Positions 1-12,311 are shown, counted from the first letter of the stretch. The stretch: 64,000 nt of DNA from Psilocybe cubensis (GCA_017499595.2 CM039004.1:2914001-2978000); one strand, 5' to 3'. Notes: a model not told the origin generated them from the letters alone. Made by a program: numbers and translations.

Positions 1-790
1 CCAGGAATCGCCTAATCATAGAGGGAAACGCCCAATCAAATCAGCCTCAGCCACCAGAGAAAATCATGATGAAAACGCACTGTTTGATAGTTAATCGGAG
101 CCATTGGTGCTGGTGCGTCATTTGGGCCAGCCCCAGCATAGGACGAACTCGACGAATAGTATGCGCTCATCGCAAAGGTTTTAAGATGCACTTGAAGGAT
201 ACGCCCAAGTGGAATGAGGTCAAGTAATCTAACTACATGCACATGCACTGAAAAAACAGATACATACCTAGATATTAATCCTGCGCGGCGCGCGTAATAT
301 TCGCCCGGGTCGGCGTTCACGGTTCTGATGCTGCCATGGCACCCTGATCAACTGCTTCCGGACCGGGTCCACACACCTTAAAGTTCCCATGTTCTAATCC
401 TCACAAAACATACAGGTATCGCAGGTAGAGGGCAACTCTCTGGCAATACGACCATATTTTCAAAAGAACAACTAGTTCTTATTCTAGACTGCGTCATTGC
501 CTCATTTTGCGGAGGTGGATCCACGGAACTCAACATGAACTGATCACCTGCAACTGGTTGAGATGTTGTTACTCCATCTTTTGATCAGGGAAACTGTCAA
601 CAGCGCATTAAACACGGAACCATCACAGGGCATACCATATACATTGTGAGCCGAGACTGAAAGGGCTTCAGTACGCCCGTTGACGGGAAAGGGTCACTTG
701 CCCTGTAATGCGGTGCTCTCCCTCAAACCACGATTCGCTCCACATCCAAAGCGTAGTCCAAGCTCAACATCCCCCTCCAGTCGGCACCGG

Positions 791-2231
791 ATGTCTGGCT
801 TTAAGAACGATACTTTCGATGACCGCGATACTGATCATCTAAAGTATCAAGGGAGCAGCTGGTTTCTATCGGGTTCTTGGAACGCAAGCAATGTTGGAAC
901 GACGGGGACGCTCTCATCAACGAACGGTATTAATGACACTGTTACTTTTGTGAGTTTTCACTCGACGTAGCACCAGGAGTTGTCTTGGTAGCTGACTCGA
1001 CGCCATTCTCTCTGACAGACGTTTCCTGGTGCGTTCGGCTCAAACTGAACTTCAATGCTCTTTGACAACTAATGTTTGGATCACTATCGCAGAACCTGCC
1101 ATTGCTTTCTACTACTTTGGAATTCCACGCTGTTGCGGTGGTCAATATGGGATATGCATTGACTGCGACCCCAACAAACCAAACTTCATAACAATAGACG
1201 CCGTCAACATCACCGACGACGGACACAACCCTCCGGTATGCATAATCACTCATTGAAACTTCGACCCAAAGTGTCATTTTTGGTCGTACTAACAACCTAC
1301 TGACGCTGTCTTCTGTCTTCTTTGCTAGATTGTATTATTCTCACAGAGGTTCACCACCCCAGGCATACACGAGATTATCATTAAAAACGAACCAGACCTT
1401 CGGTTCGACGGACGTTCGCAGCTCACTATCGACGGAATTGTACTCGAAGTGCCAGATCCTTCAGCTGGTTCTTCTTCTTCTTCATCTTCCTCGTCCTCAT
1501 CAACAACCTCTTCCTCCTCGACTTCCACATCAAATGCCCCATCCCCATCCCCATCCACCGCACCCAGCACCTCTCCACCAATCGGCGCCATCGTCGGCGG
1601 CGTCCTCGGAGCACTCGCCTTCCTTCTCGCCATAATAGTACTCGCCTTTTGGATCCGCATACGCCGACGGCGTGCTCGAGAGACTGACAACCTCGCTGAA
1701 TCCGGCGGGCCCCGCCCAACCTTCGTCCAGCCCTTCAGCCCTGCAACAAACTCCTCGTTCTCAGCACCGACGCTGTCCACTTTCATGTCTCCCACAGAAA
1801 CCACCGTCTCCGCGTGGAACACCACATCTGCAGCTGCGAGTAGTGCGGGCACGAGCACCAATCGTCGCGGGCACCACGGGCACCATGCTCGTGGCGGAGC
1901 AAGCCATGCGGCGTTCCAGTCCGTATCCACTTTCTCCGACGCCACGTCCTCCTCACGCGTAGGAGGAGGCGGGGCTTCGAGTTCCGCATCAGGGCCCACT
2001 GTAGGACCGCGACGAGAGCGCGATGCTGGACCGGCGCCTGTTGTGGTGGAAGAGGCAGAGGAGGAGGATGTGCTGCCCCCGGATTATGGTGATGTGTTTG
2101 CACCAAGTCGGAGGGCGTCGGCAGCGGCGGCGGCGCAGCAGCGACATGGAGGAGGAGGGGGTGTAGGAAGCGGCGGAAGCACTGTGTCATCAGCCTCTGG
2201 CGGTCTTTCGCCTCTACGAAGGAAAACATAA
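791..2231 (+). CDS. Single-pass membrane protein, paralog A (N-terminal DDRD..Y.GSW-type domain, Ser/Thr stalk, TM helix, cytoplasmic PPxY)
   Basis: Predicted exons 791-949, 1019-1028 (10-nt microexon), 1093-1235, 1329-2231 with GT-AG introns give a continuous frame. TM segment GAIVGGVLGALAFLLAIIVLAFW followed by RIRRRR; LPPDY motif. Confidence 0.8.
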
Positions 2232-3753
2232 CTTGAAGTTGGACTGTACCGAAGGGAAAGAAGAGTGTTACAGGCAGCAGTACGCTGGATTATTCTCAGG
2301 TTTTTTTTCTGCTATTTTTTCACTTCGGGGGTGTTTTGTATCATTATTTATATATGAAGGCGACTCCAACGCTGCTGCATTTACACTAACTTTGTGGGCA
2401 TAAGTAAGACAGCGTGCCTCTATGCCTAGGTATGAACTAGTTACTCTTTGAAAACCCTCCACACATTTAGGAAGATGAATTCATATCAAACCTTTTCTTT
2501 GAAGTTGTTTTTCCTCGGCTTATAGGGCTTATGGTGCCCCCAAGCTCTGGGCTTCCAGATTATCAGCAGTGTCAAAATATGTGGATTCTCTGGAGCCAGA
2601 CGCAGGTCAGATGAAACCAATAGTCCAATCAAAGTCTACTAACGGTAGTCCAAATTCTATTAAGCTAAAACAACTGTATGACAGAAGGGTTGAAAATACA
2701 GATAAAACGATCGAAATTGTAGCCAATACAATAAGTTAACAACTTGCTCATCAGACTATGGAATTTTTTAAATAAACGGGTCGAAAGGGGAGGAGTGAAA
2801 GAGTGTCCTCTCCCCAAAATCGTGCCGATACTTTGCCGAATAATTGCATTGATGAACATGTGATTGTTACAGGGACTCCCATTTTCCAAAGCATTTTACC
2901 TTCTTGCTCTTTACTTCCTACACCCCGTTCTATACCATGTCTCTTTCCCATTCTGTGTAACTTTTCAGTAATTTCAGTCGGAAGGCATAAAAACATGATA
3001 CGTTGAACCTCACGTCTATGTGGTGGTCCGCAAAAGCAGTTATAATTCGTGGAATTCATGGCTAATTTCGACATGCAGATCGCTCATGTCCCTCTCAGTT
3101 GTCCTTGGCGACGCTCTTGAGCTTTAAATATTTCACAGATCCTTCATCAATGTCAACAAATTCTTCACTTTTGTGAAATGTTCCCGGGTACCACCTATAC
3201 ATAGGGCACACCCAACCAAATCGGCCTCATCCATGAGCGAAAATGATGAAAGCGTATCATCTGATCATTGTTGGGAAATTTCTGGGACCAGCGCGGCATT
3301 CAGCGCATATGCAATGCAGAATGAATTCGATGATTAATATGCGCTCGTTGCAGACCTTTGGCGATGCTGTCCAACGTTTCGGCCAGAGGGCAACCTTCTG
3401 GGAATCCAACCATAATTTCAAAGAATCCCTGTTCCGCATTCAAATCGCTCCATGTCCTTATAATTAGTGCAGGAGGATCCACTGGATTTAATATGCATTG
3501 ATCACCTGTAACAGGTCGAAATGCTAATACTCCAACTTTTGATCAGAGCAACTGTCAACAGCGCATCGAACACGGAGCCATCCCAGGGGATCCCATATCC
3601 GTTGTGAACTGAGACTGAAAGGACTCCACTATCACATCGATTGACGGTAAGGCTCACTTGCCCTCAATTATTGTTCACTTCCTACAACCGTATTTGCTTC
3701 AAAAGTAAAAATCAGTTCAAACTACGCCATCCAACTCCAGTTGTCGGTAGGAG

Positions 3754-5137
3754 ATGTCTGGCTTCAGAAACGACACATTCGATGACAGAGATAGGGAACA
3801 TATAAAGTATATAGGAAGTTGGTCTTCGCAAGGCACTTGGAATGCAAGCAATGTCGGGAGGTCGGGGACACTTACCTCAACGAACATCATTAATGACACT
3901 GTCACTTTCGTGAGTTTTCACTCGACCTAGTTGCACCAAAGGATGCCTCGGTAGCTGACTGGATGTCGTTCTCTCTGACAGACATTTCCTGGTGCGTTTT
4001 TCACCAATGGGTCTTATGCTATCTGACGACTAAATCGTTATCGTAGAGCCTGCCATTGCGTTCTACTATTATGGAATTCCTCGCTGTTGTGGCGGTCTGT
4101 ATGGGATGTGCATTGACTGCGACCCCGACAACCCAAACTATATACAAATAGACGCCGTCAACGCCACCGACGACGGACGAAACCCTCCAGTATGTATAAT
4201 CACCTCACTGTGGCTTCAGGCCAAACGTCATTCCAGCGATGTAATAAATCAACTGATGCTGTTTTTCTATCTTGTTTTATAGATTGTATTGTTCTCACAG
4301 AGGTTCAATACCCCAAGCATACACCAGATTATCATTAAAAACGAACCTGACATTCGATTCGACGGACATTCGCAGCTGACGGTCGACGGATTCGTACTGG
4401 AAGTACCAGACCCTTCAGCAGGTTCATCACCATCATCGTCATCGACCTCTTCTACCTCAACTACCACATCGAATGCTACATCGCCATCCACATCCGCCTC
4501 AGCCAGCTCCTCTCCACCAGTCGGCTCTATCGTCGGCGGCGTTTTTGGCGCACTCGCCTTCCTCGCAATAATCGGTCTCGCCTTCTGTTTCCGCATACGC
4601 CGACGGCCCGCGCGCGAGAACGACCACCTTGCAGAGTCCGGCAGACCATACCCATCCTTCGTCCAGAACTTCAGTCCAGGGATCTCAACGGCGGCGCCGG
4701 CCATTATCTCTCCCACCGCAGACACAGTCTTTACATGGGGCTCCTCAGCGGCCACAGGTACTGCTAGACCCTCGAGTCGCCAAGCGCGCCAGGGGCATCA
4801 CGCTCTTGGAGCAGGCCATGCAGAGCCCCAGTCTGTGTCCAGCTTCTCAGACGCTACATCTTCCTCGCGAGTAGGCGGGTGGGGGTCGAACTTTCCATCA
4901 TCGCCCTCAGTAGGATTTCGACGAGAGCGCGATGCTGGACCGGCGCCTGTTATGGAAGAAGAGGCTGAGGACCGTGTGCTGCCCCCAGGATATGGCGATG
5001 TGTTTGCGCCGAATAGGCGGGTATCGACTGTTGCTGGGTCCCAGCAACATGGTGGGGCAGAAGTGGGTGCAGGAAGTAGAAGAAGCACTGTATCATCTGC
5101 GTCTGGTGGACTTTCGCCTGTGCGAAGGAAAATGTAG
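3754..5137 (+). CDS. Single-pass membrane protein, paralog B
   Basis: Same exon layout and clear similarity to paralog A (MSGFRNDTFDDRD, CCGG, IIIKNEPD, GSIVGGVFGALAFLAII, RRERDAGPAP, LPPGY); microexon ACATTTCCTG. Confidence 0.8.
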
Positions 5138-5662
5138 GATGGTTTTGAGGAGGAATTGGCGGAGGCACCAGTGCGATGGATTCTCCTCTGTATTTCTTTT
5201 CTTCTTTTATTGTTCCCTTTCAAATGTATTTTGTACCATTATTTTATATGAAGGTAGATACATCAGCGCTGCTGCATTGGTGCCAACTTTATGGGTACAA
5301 GAAAAGAATAACAATATAGAGCAACTGGTAGAGCTCCTATGTTTTACCAAATTTGTTTACGGAGCGAGTAAAAAAATGAGAAGGTATCATATAAAAGCTA
5401 CAAAGTTTACAATACACAGAATCGTATCTGCAGTAATCCTAAACCATAAAATAAATTATAATATGTTGAGACACAGCGAAGAGAATATAACGGATACACA
5501 TTAAAAGATTCAAAGGTAATAACAGATTGTTGGGGTAATATAAGGTTATTAAGCAGCGTAATTCGATTGATTGGGTCGCATGGTTATAGATATCTTCAAA
5601 GATATTGTCAGATAAAGCTTCGTCAAATATGGTCTGGACTACTAGCGTACCATAGAGAGCGT

Positions 5663-6100
5663 CTATTTTCGCGAAAGGGAGTTCCCCCCAAAGCCATAGG
5701 ATGACATGAGCTTTCCGAAAGCAGCCTCGTATCCTTGAGGCTCCGCGCGAGTCTTTGGCTCTTTATGTGTTGATGTGAGAGTCTTTTTGGAGAAGGAAGG
5801 AGCATAGCTGCCTCCAAATCCGTACGAAGACGATAATTGGCCAAAGGCGCTCTGATAATCTTTGCCCGCGGTTGAAGACGTTGGTTGAGATGAATGGAAC
5901 ACTGATGGGTAGGAAGGAGACATTTGGGCTGGGCTTGCGGGCTTCGAGGATTGAGATTTGTTTGGTAATGAGGGTGCGTTTCCGCTGAACCCGTATGAGG
6001 ACGAGAGGTTTCCGAATGACGATTCCCAATTGCTTGATGATGATCGCGTTGATTTGTGCTGGGATGAAGCAAGGAGGGAGGTAGACGAGGATGATTGCAT
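5663..6100 (-). CDS. Small Ser-rich protein with three FGxL(S/M)SSYGF repeats, copy 1
   Basis: 145-aa intronless ORF; a near-identical same-length ORF is conserved at 35188-35625; TATAAAA lies upstream on the minus strand near 6215. Confidence 0.7.
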   Translation of the reverse strand: MQSSSSTSLLASSQHKSTRSSSSNWESSFGNLSSSYGFSGNAPSLPNKSQSSKPASPAQMSPSYPSVFHSSQPTSSTAGKDYQSAFGQLSSSYGFGGSYAPSFSKKTLTSTHKEPKTRAEPQGYEAAFGKLMSSYGFGGNSLSRK

Positions 6101-6519
6101 GATTAAGAAAATATAGTCTTTGCTTTGGTGAGTTTGAAAAGCAGTAGTGCCAAGTTTTGAAAGAGAAAACGTCTTTAAGAGCTGATGAACGAATCGAGAA
6201 TGGCGATCCAGCTTTTATAACGCGCCTCAGTATAACAATTGATATGTTCCACCGTACCCATCGCGAGCTGCGCGACATTAGCCGACCAGGGAGGCCCTTG
6301 TGAGTCATAAAAGTGGGCTGCACAGCACAGAACCGAGTCTGACAGTGGATGCTACGCAGCAGAGACATCTGAACCCGCAGTATTCGGCCACTTCAGTCGG
6401 GTGAAGGTACATCATACCAAGTACAGAGGTCCCACGAGTATAATGGGTGTTTGACAGTCACTATTCAACAAGGTGGTCAATGTCCAGCAATTTCCCGTCG
6501 AACACGGAAATCCTCGACA

Positions 6520-8503
6520 CATCAGGAAAACAGGCGACGAGTAGAATACATATAATATATATAAGTAATAGGGTAGATAATGGGCCATTTTCTACCTAAG
6601 ATTTTTTTCCTATTCTTACCAAATACACGAAATTTTTCTATTATATTTTATTCGACGATTTTTTTTTCTATGTTTTCCAAAGGTCAGTTATATTTCTATC
6701 AAGTCCAGAAAAACGACGCTCCTGCAGGATCGAACACACGACCTTACAAAAAATGTTATCAGGACTGTCAGACATAACCGCTACACCATAAAGGTGGTAT
6801 AAATGTCCATACTTTTAAGAACCAAATAATGCCGACAATGCGGTCACAACACAAAATGAAGCAAAAAACGCGAACTACTCGGCGCCAACTTGAACGCAAG
6901 ACAATGTCTAACTATGATTACAGCAAATTGACCCCGACAACGCGAAACAACAGCGTCGCAGAAGCACTTATCGGATCCATCTCCGCGCGGACTTCGCGCG
7001 GCCGAAATTTTATTCAAACGACAAGTGATCCGAATTAATTTTCACATGTTCGAACTCCGACTTACAAGCATCCCGCGTTTTCACGTTCTCTCAACACAAG
7101 TCCCCACTTACCAGGCTATGCATCCAACCGCGTCTCTCCTACTATCCTCTCCACTGTCCTTGTACATTCTTCTCATTAGAGTGGCTTGCCCTCACCGCTG
7201 TTCTCAGTGGTAATGAGGAAAGATGGTTTATAGCAAGAAACCATGTCCACGACATGCAAGGAACTCTTCTCCATGCATTTTGCCGGCATTGCATTCTAGC
7301 CTTGTCGTGCAACGCGTCATCTGAATTGCCTACAATATGCGGTACTGGAGGTTGTGCGGGCATGGTGCGTCAGTGGTGCTTGTTGCACTTACCGTTCTAT
7401 TCCTCACCTTCTTTGCTCTTCATTAGCCCGGGCACGTCGTCAATTGCGCTCACCACTCGCTATCGCGTTCTGCAAAACAACTGCCGGCGAAAATGGCCGG
7501 GGTGGTGGTGACTCGAGTACGTCAAAGGGTTGCGAGGGAGTTTGTTAAGGTCCGTCGTCACTTGTTCGCGGTCTATGCGTTGTGCAACCATGACTACCAT
7601 ACTCATCTTGGAAGATATGTTGAACTCTGTAGGAATGATGACCAGTCCATTGTAGACTGCGCTACGGGAACAAACTGCCAGCATATACAGGCTGGGCTCG
7701 AGCACATCCAATGGAGGTTTGCCAAGGTGTGTCATCAGTAGTTTTGTGTGATGACTAGGCGCAATATTGAGCTCCATACTCACGTCGGCGTCGTCTAGGA
7801 GAGAGACAGGAGTCGCGTGTGGCGTTTGTTGAGGTGCACTGCAAATGGAAAGGTGAGTGATATGTTGTGTTTACGTCCTGACTCACCAACAAGGGCCGGG
7901 GAGTTGTGTGTAGGTTTCGGTCAAGATGCGCTGCAAATAAATAGGTAAGTGAGCTGGTGTGCATCTCATTGTACGCTTACCACAGCTAGAACAGCGTTGG
8001 TTGTGCTTTGGATTGCTGACCCCATTGGTACGTTTTCATATTCTCCTAACCAACTTCCTTCATTTCTAATCACATTGCTCTCAGCTCCTTTCTGGATGAA
8101 GAGAAGGAATATGTCGAGTGGAGTGCCCCACCTTTACTTGCGATAATCTTGACTCCAATACCACTAGTTTACAATGTTTTCGAGTACTTATTGGCCAATT
8201 TATACCTTTTCTATTACTACTATGTGTGTGAAACATTAAAAGAGTAAAATTCTATTCAATACAAGCAATTTCTATATCTAAAATTCTAATCCTTCTATAA
8301 GTGCATGTTAGAAATATTTGAGGTCTGATTTCTACAAGCAGATATATTTTGGGGCATGGCGAATATTTCTAAAAGTCGATTTGCAATCCGATCAGAGGGC
8401 TTAGCCCTATTTCGCCAAATAATCAAATAAAATCAATATATTTAATATAATCAAATATTTTCGCTAATTCTATTTGTTCTATTCCTCGACTGTTTTCCTG
8501 ATG
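6520..8503. mobile_element. Non-autonomous TIR DNA transposon (~1984 bp), 2-bp TSD CA
   Basis: Termini CATCAGGAAAACAG...CTGTTTTCCTGATG (14 bp perfect, ~36 bp imperfect); absent from the paralogous site near 36050 (cctcgacactctg). Confidence 0.8.
6713..6794 (-). other. tRNA-like segment (A-box/B-box-like) inside the TIR element
   Basis: Minus strand reads ...TGGTGTAGCGGTT...GGTCGTGTGTTCGATCCTGCAGGAGCGTCGTTTTT; no convincing full cloverleaf. Confidence 0.4.
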
Positions 8504-9176
8504 CACTCTGAGGGCGAGGCAGTTCACCGAATACAACTGTGATAAGTGGTGGCGAAAAATCATTTACAGTGGACGAGTATTAAAAGGAGAAAATCAAAAC
8601 CATCGTTATATCTTTCATAGACCGGACGACTGCGCAGAGATGAGGCGGTACTGCGAGTGGAGTTTGGGGTTGGATTGGGGAAATTTCATGAATATCGTTG
8701 GATGATTATCAGTTTTGGTTAATGCTTTGTTCGAGAGTCCTTGAAACAGAGATATTCGTATTTAAACAAAGCTGCGTATATGCATAGTGCATGGATGCCT
8801 AGAGTTTTGCATAGATTTGGGTGGTTGAACTTTCAAGGGGAGATGAATCATGAAAGAGAGCGAAGTGGATCCCAAAAGCCGTGCCGAGCTTCTGCCGAAG
8901 TCTTATACTCATGAGCATGTGACCGTTCCAAGTCCTCAATACTTCAAAGGATCCCTGACCAATCCCCTCATCCTCAACTCGTTCCACGTCTTTTGCGTTC
9001 TACACTACCATCCTTTTGCTTGCTATGTAGTTTCTCAGTACTCCCAGTTGCAAGTTATTAAAATAAGACAAGTTGAACCTCACGTCAATGTAGTGAGTGG
9101 TACGCTTTGAAAGCAGTTATAATCCATGACATTCATGATTTCCAAATCCAGATCCCTAGCTTCATCTTCCAGACGC

Positions 9177-9569
9177 TGAAGAAAACTAAGTAAACCGTGA
9201 GTCTCAGCCGAGAAGGAACAAGGGCTGAATATATTGACCTAAGTAAACCATGAGTCTACAAGTTCTGTTAGTTACTTTCTACAAACGATGAAGAACTGTA
9301 TTCACCTCAGCCGAGAAGGAACAAGGGCTGAGGTGAATGAACCGAGACGAGCTACTATAAGTGAAAAGTGAAAAAAAGGGAAGGTGATCGAGAATTTGGA
9401 GAAGGTGATGCGTTGTACGCTGAAGGAAATGAATTGCTAACTATAGCAGATGAACAGGGGCTACGGGCCCGATGTTCCGAGTGCAAATAAGGAAAGAGTA
9501 AGTATAAAAGTGGAAAAGAAAAAGACAGAAAGTCGAACAACCACAAACATCAAGTCACATATTCCAACA
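9177..9569 (-). repeat. Copia 3' LTR
   Basis: Identical to 30190-30582 except one A/G at 9250; adjacent to the polypurine tract. Confidence 0.97.
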
Positions 9570-9580
9570 CACCCCCTCAA
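9570..9580 (-). other. Polypurine tract
   Basis: Minus strand TTGAGGGGGTG immediately precedes the 3' LTR start TGTTGG. Confidence 0.8.
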
Positions 9581-10361
9581 CGCATCACCTTGCCGGCAGC
9601 CTTTGGATCAACGAGTCCCAAGCGAGACACCCCCTCCAGGAATTTGACACGTTGAAGTGGTTTAGTGAGGATATCAGCTGGGTTCTCTTTACCCGGAATA
9701 TGAAGAATTTGAAATGTTTTCGCCTCGATGTGAGATCGAATAAAATGATAACGGATATCGATGTGCTTCGCTTTGGAATGGGATGAGTCGTTTTCACAGA
9801 GTGACTTTGCGCCTTCGTTGTCAGTTGCAACCACAAGTGGGTCAGGGCATATGATGTGAAGATATGACAGTGAAGAGCCCAACCACAGACCCTCTTGAAC
9901 CGTCCGAGTTAAAGCGATGTACTCAGACTCCGTCGAACTTGTCGATATGCAGGTTTGTGTTTTTGACGACCAGCTTAACGGCCCTCCCGCTACCATCCAA
10001 ACGAAACCTGAGACAGACGCGCGTGAGACCTTGTTGCCCACCCAGTCGGCATCAGAATAACCCTGCAGGGTCTGAGAAGCACTCTGTCCACCGTAGTGAA
10101 GGCGATAGTTACGGGTGCCACTCAGATACCTTAGAACGCGCTTGGCTGTAGCAAAGTGTCAAGGCTCGGGATTGGAAGCATGTTGAGACAATAATAGGAC
10201 GGCAATTGAGATGTCGGGGCGAGAATGTCGTTGTATAAAAAGAAGGGATCCGATGAGGCGTTGAAAAGTTGCCTTGATGTTCGGTATATCTGGGAATGAA
10301 TCGGTTTCTTGTCCAAACACATTGTTGGCGTCGAGAGGAGTTGAGACGGGACTACAGTTGA
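9577..10361 (-). pseudogene. Copia pol C-terminal part (end of RT and RNase H)
   Basis: RPDIS, KRVLRYL, YSDADW, STESEY, DNEGA, KHIDIRYHFIR, NPADILTK motifs; in-frame TGA at 10159-10161; in frame with the 26151+ part once the KDZ insert and one TSD copy are removed. Confidence 0.93.
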
Positions 10362-10679
10362 CACATAAGACAGTTTATTTATAACATACATTACCTAAGA
10401 TTTAATAATAAGGATATTACGTGAGACACGGTGGATTTACTTCCGCTACCTAATTAGGAGATTAGCGTGATGTACGTGTGATTTAGCCTGGCAAATCATA
10501 GCGTACATGACGTGCCATTTAGCGCTAAATGGAGCCGCCGGGTGGCCTGCGGGATCCGCGCGTCTACCTACACGGAAGAAACACGGGCCGGAAATGAGCC
10601 GGACAGGTCCATTTGCATCCCGTGTATTGCAAGCAGACGGATCCGCTTGACCCGTGTTGTGCTGTCAGACGGACCCATT
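10362..10679 (+). repeat. Left TIR of the KDZ element
   Basis: Reverse complement of 25833-26150, with two mismatches seen (10386, 10605). Confidence 0.95.
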
Positions 10680-10804
10680 CATCCATCCGCTTCTGTATTC
10701 CGACAAATATCCGCCTTGAATCGTACATTGGATGACCGTTAATATATGTAATAAGGTGTATAGATTATACTGGCAGCAAATTCCTTTCCACATACCCTGA
10801 TAGT

Positions 10805-12084
10805 ATGGATTATGCCTTTGAGCTAACCCAATCCCTCTCAAACTACATGAAGGCAAAGATAGCTAGTCGTCTTTGGCATGCAGAACTGCCTAATCAAATC
10901 CGGGAAAACTTCAGTGCTGAGACCATGTTTGAGTGCAATCTAGCTGTGGAGGTGATTTTTCAGGCATTTGAAAATCAAGGTATGCAATCAATAAGCTTTG
11001 AAAATTGAGATTAAATAATGTGTAAATGGCAGAATATACGACGTGGGATGCAGAAGAATATTTGACCCATCTCAGCGCACGTTGCACGGGTCAGAATTCT
11101 GCCGTTGAGGCTCGCCTGAAAGACCAGTTTCCTCCGGTGCATTCCACGTTACAGTACCAAACCCTGCCCGGAACTGTAATCGATAGTGCAGGCAACATAT
11201 TGGTGTGGTACCTGCCAGGTATTTTGTCAGAGACAAGGGTGGTGAGTTTTAGAAACGGACCGATTAATTCCTATATTATGCGTTCTAAAGAGTAACAGGA
11301 GAGTGTGTGGAATTCATTACGGGATATTGAAACAATGATTCACAAGGCGGCACCTTTGGCCACAAGCTGGAGGGTCAATGACAGTTACTTTCGACATGAG
11401 CCAGGTTGGCTTCAACCTGGAAATCTTAACTTTTCCCCGGCATGGTTTCAGCAAGGCCATGAGGTGAGAAACTTGTTTGCTAAGTATTATACTGCCTCAT
11501 ATTTTCCTCAGACGTCCAACCCGCTTGAGGTCTCCTTGGACTTGTGTAATCCTATTGGACAGGAGTTTATACGAGACATGATGACATCTTCGGCTTTGCT
11601 GGGAGCCATCTTGAGCATTATACACCCCGAGCAGTACCGGGCGGGAATAAAATTTCTTCAACGGCTTGCTGCGGAACCGGAGCTCGTCCATAAGGCCGAA
11701 ATATTGAAGCAAATTCTCACAATATGGAGTTCGCCCTTTGGAGTCATGACCGCCATCAGCAACCGAGATACACCGTACCATCGGGATAATGGGTCATGCT
11801 ACTCATGGTACGATTTTTTGATGCCACTTGGGAAGGGTGAACACGGACGGCTTGAGCTTCCTGGCCTTGGACTTCGGTACAAGTATGATCCCATGACCCT
11901 TGTTGCAATTACCGGCAGGTTGCTTCAACACGGCACGGTGTGCGAGGGAGATAGGGCAGTCATAGTCTATTACATGCGTAGGAATGTATTTAAAGAGCTG
12001 GGAGTCCAAGAGGCGGGATGGTCTACTACGTACGATCTTTTTGCAAATTTACCGGCCACCAACACTTTTGATTTTGAAATATGA
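10805..12084 (+). CDS. TET/JBP-family 2OG-Fe(II) dioxygenase (5mC oxidase-like)
   Basis: Predicted exons 10805-10979, 11033-11241, 11299-11463, 11512-12084; motifs VWYLPG, NFSPAWFQQGH, TPYHRD (HxD), LLQHG, DRAVIVYYMR; KDZ context. Confidence 0.9.
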
Positions 12085-12311
12085 TCAGTTTTTGACTTGG
12101 AAGTTGGGTTTGGGGAAGATTTTTTTATATTTCCAAAACAAAACGGTACGAAAGCTACAGGACAACCAGAATTCTCTGTCCCAGGGTGTTTCCGACGCGC
12201 CCGCGCTGAGCTCTTCCAAGGTTACCGGAATCATCGGACTCCGCCGTCGTATTACCGGCGGAAAAGGCATCATCCGCCTCCTCTTCGATGTCCTGTGCGA
12301 GAGGTGGGCAA

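Larger units (their letters stand above)
5660..8600. repeat. Segmental duplication, paralogous to ~35185-36140, interrupted by the 6520-8503 insertion
   Basis: 5660-6519 and 8504-8600 align colinearly with 35185-36140 (shared gaaatcctcgaca|ctctga junction). Confidence 0.85.

Noticed and set aside
10354-10361. 8-bp Zisupton-type TSD
   Set aside because: Only 7 bp match on both flanks, and 7 bp is what restores the Copia reading frame.
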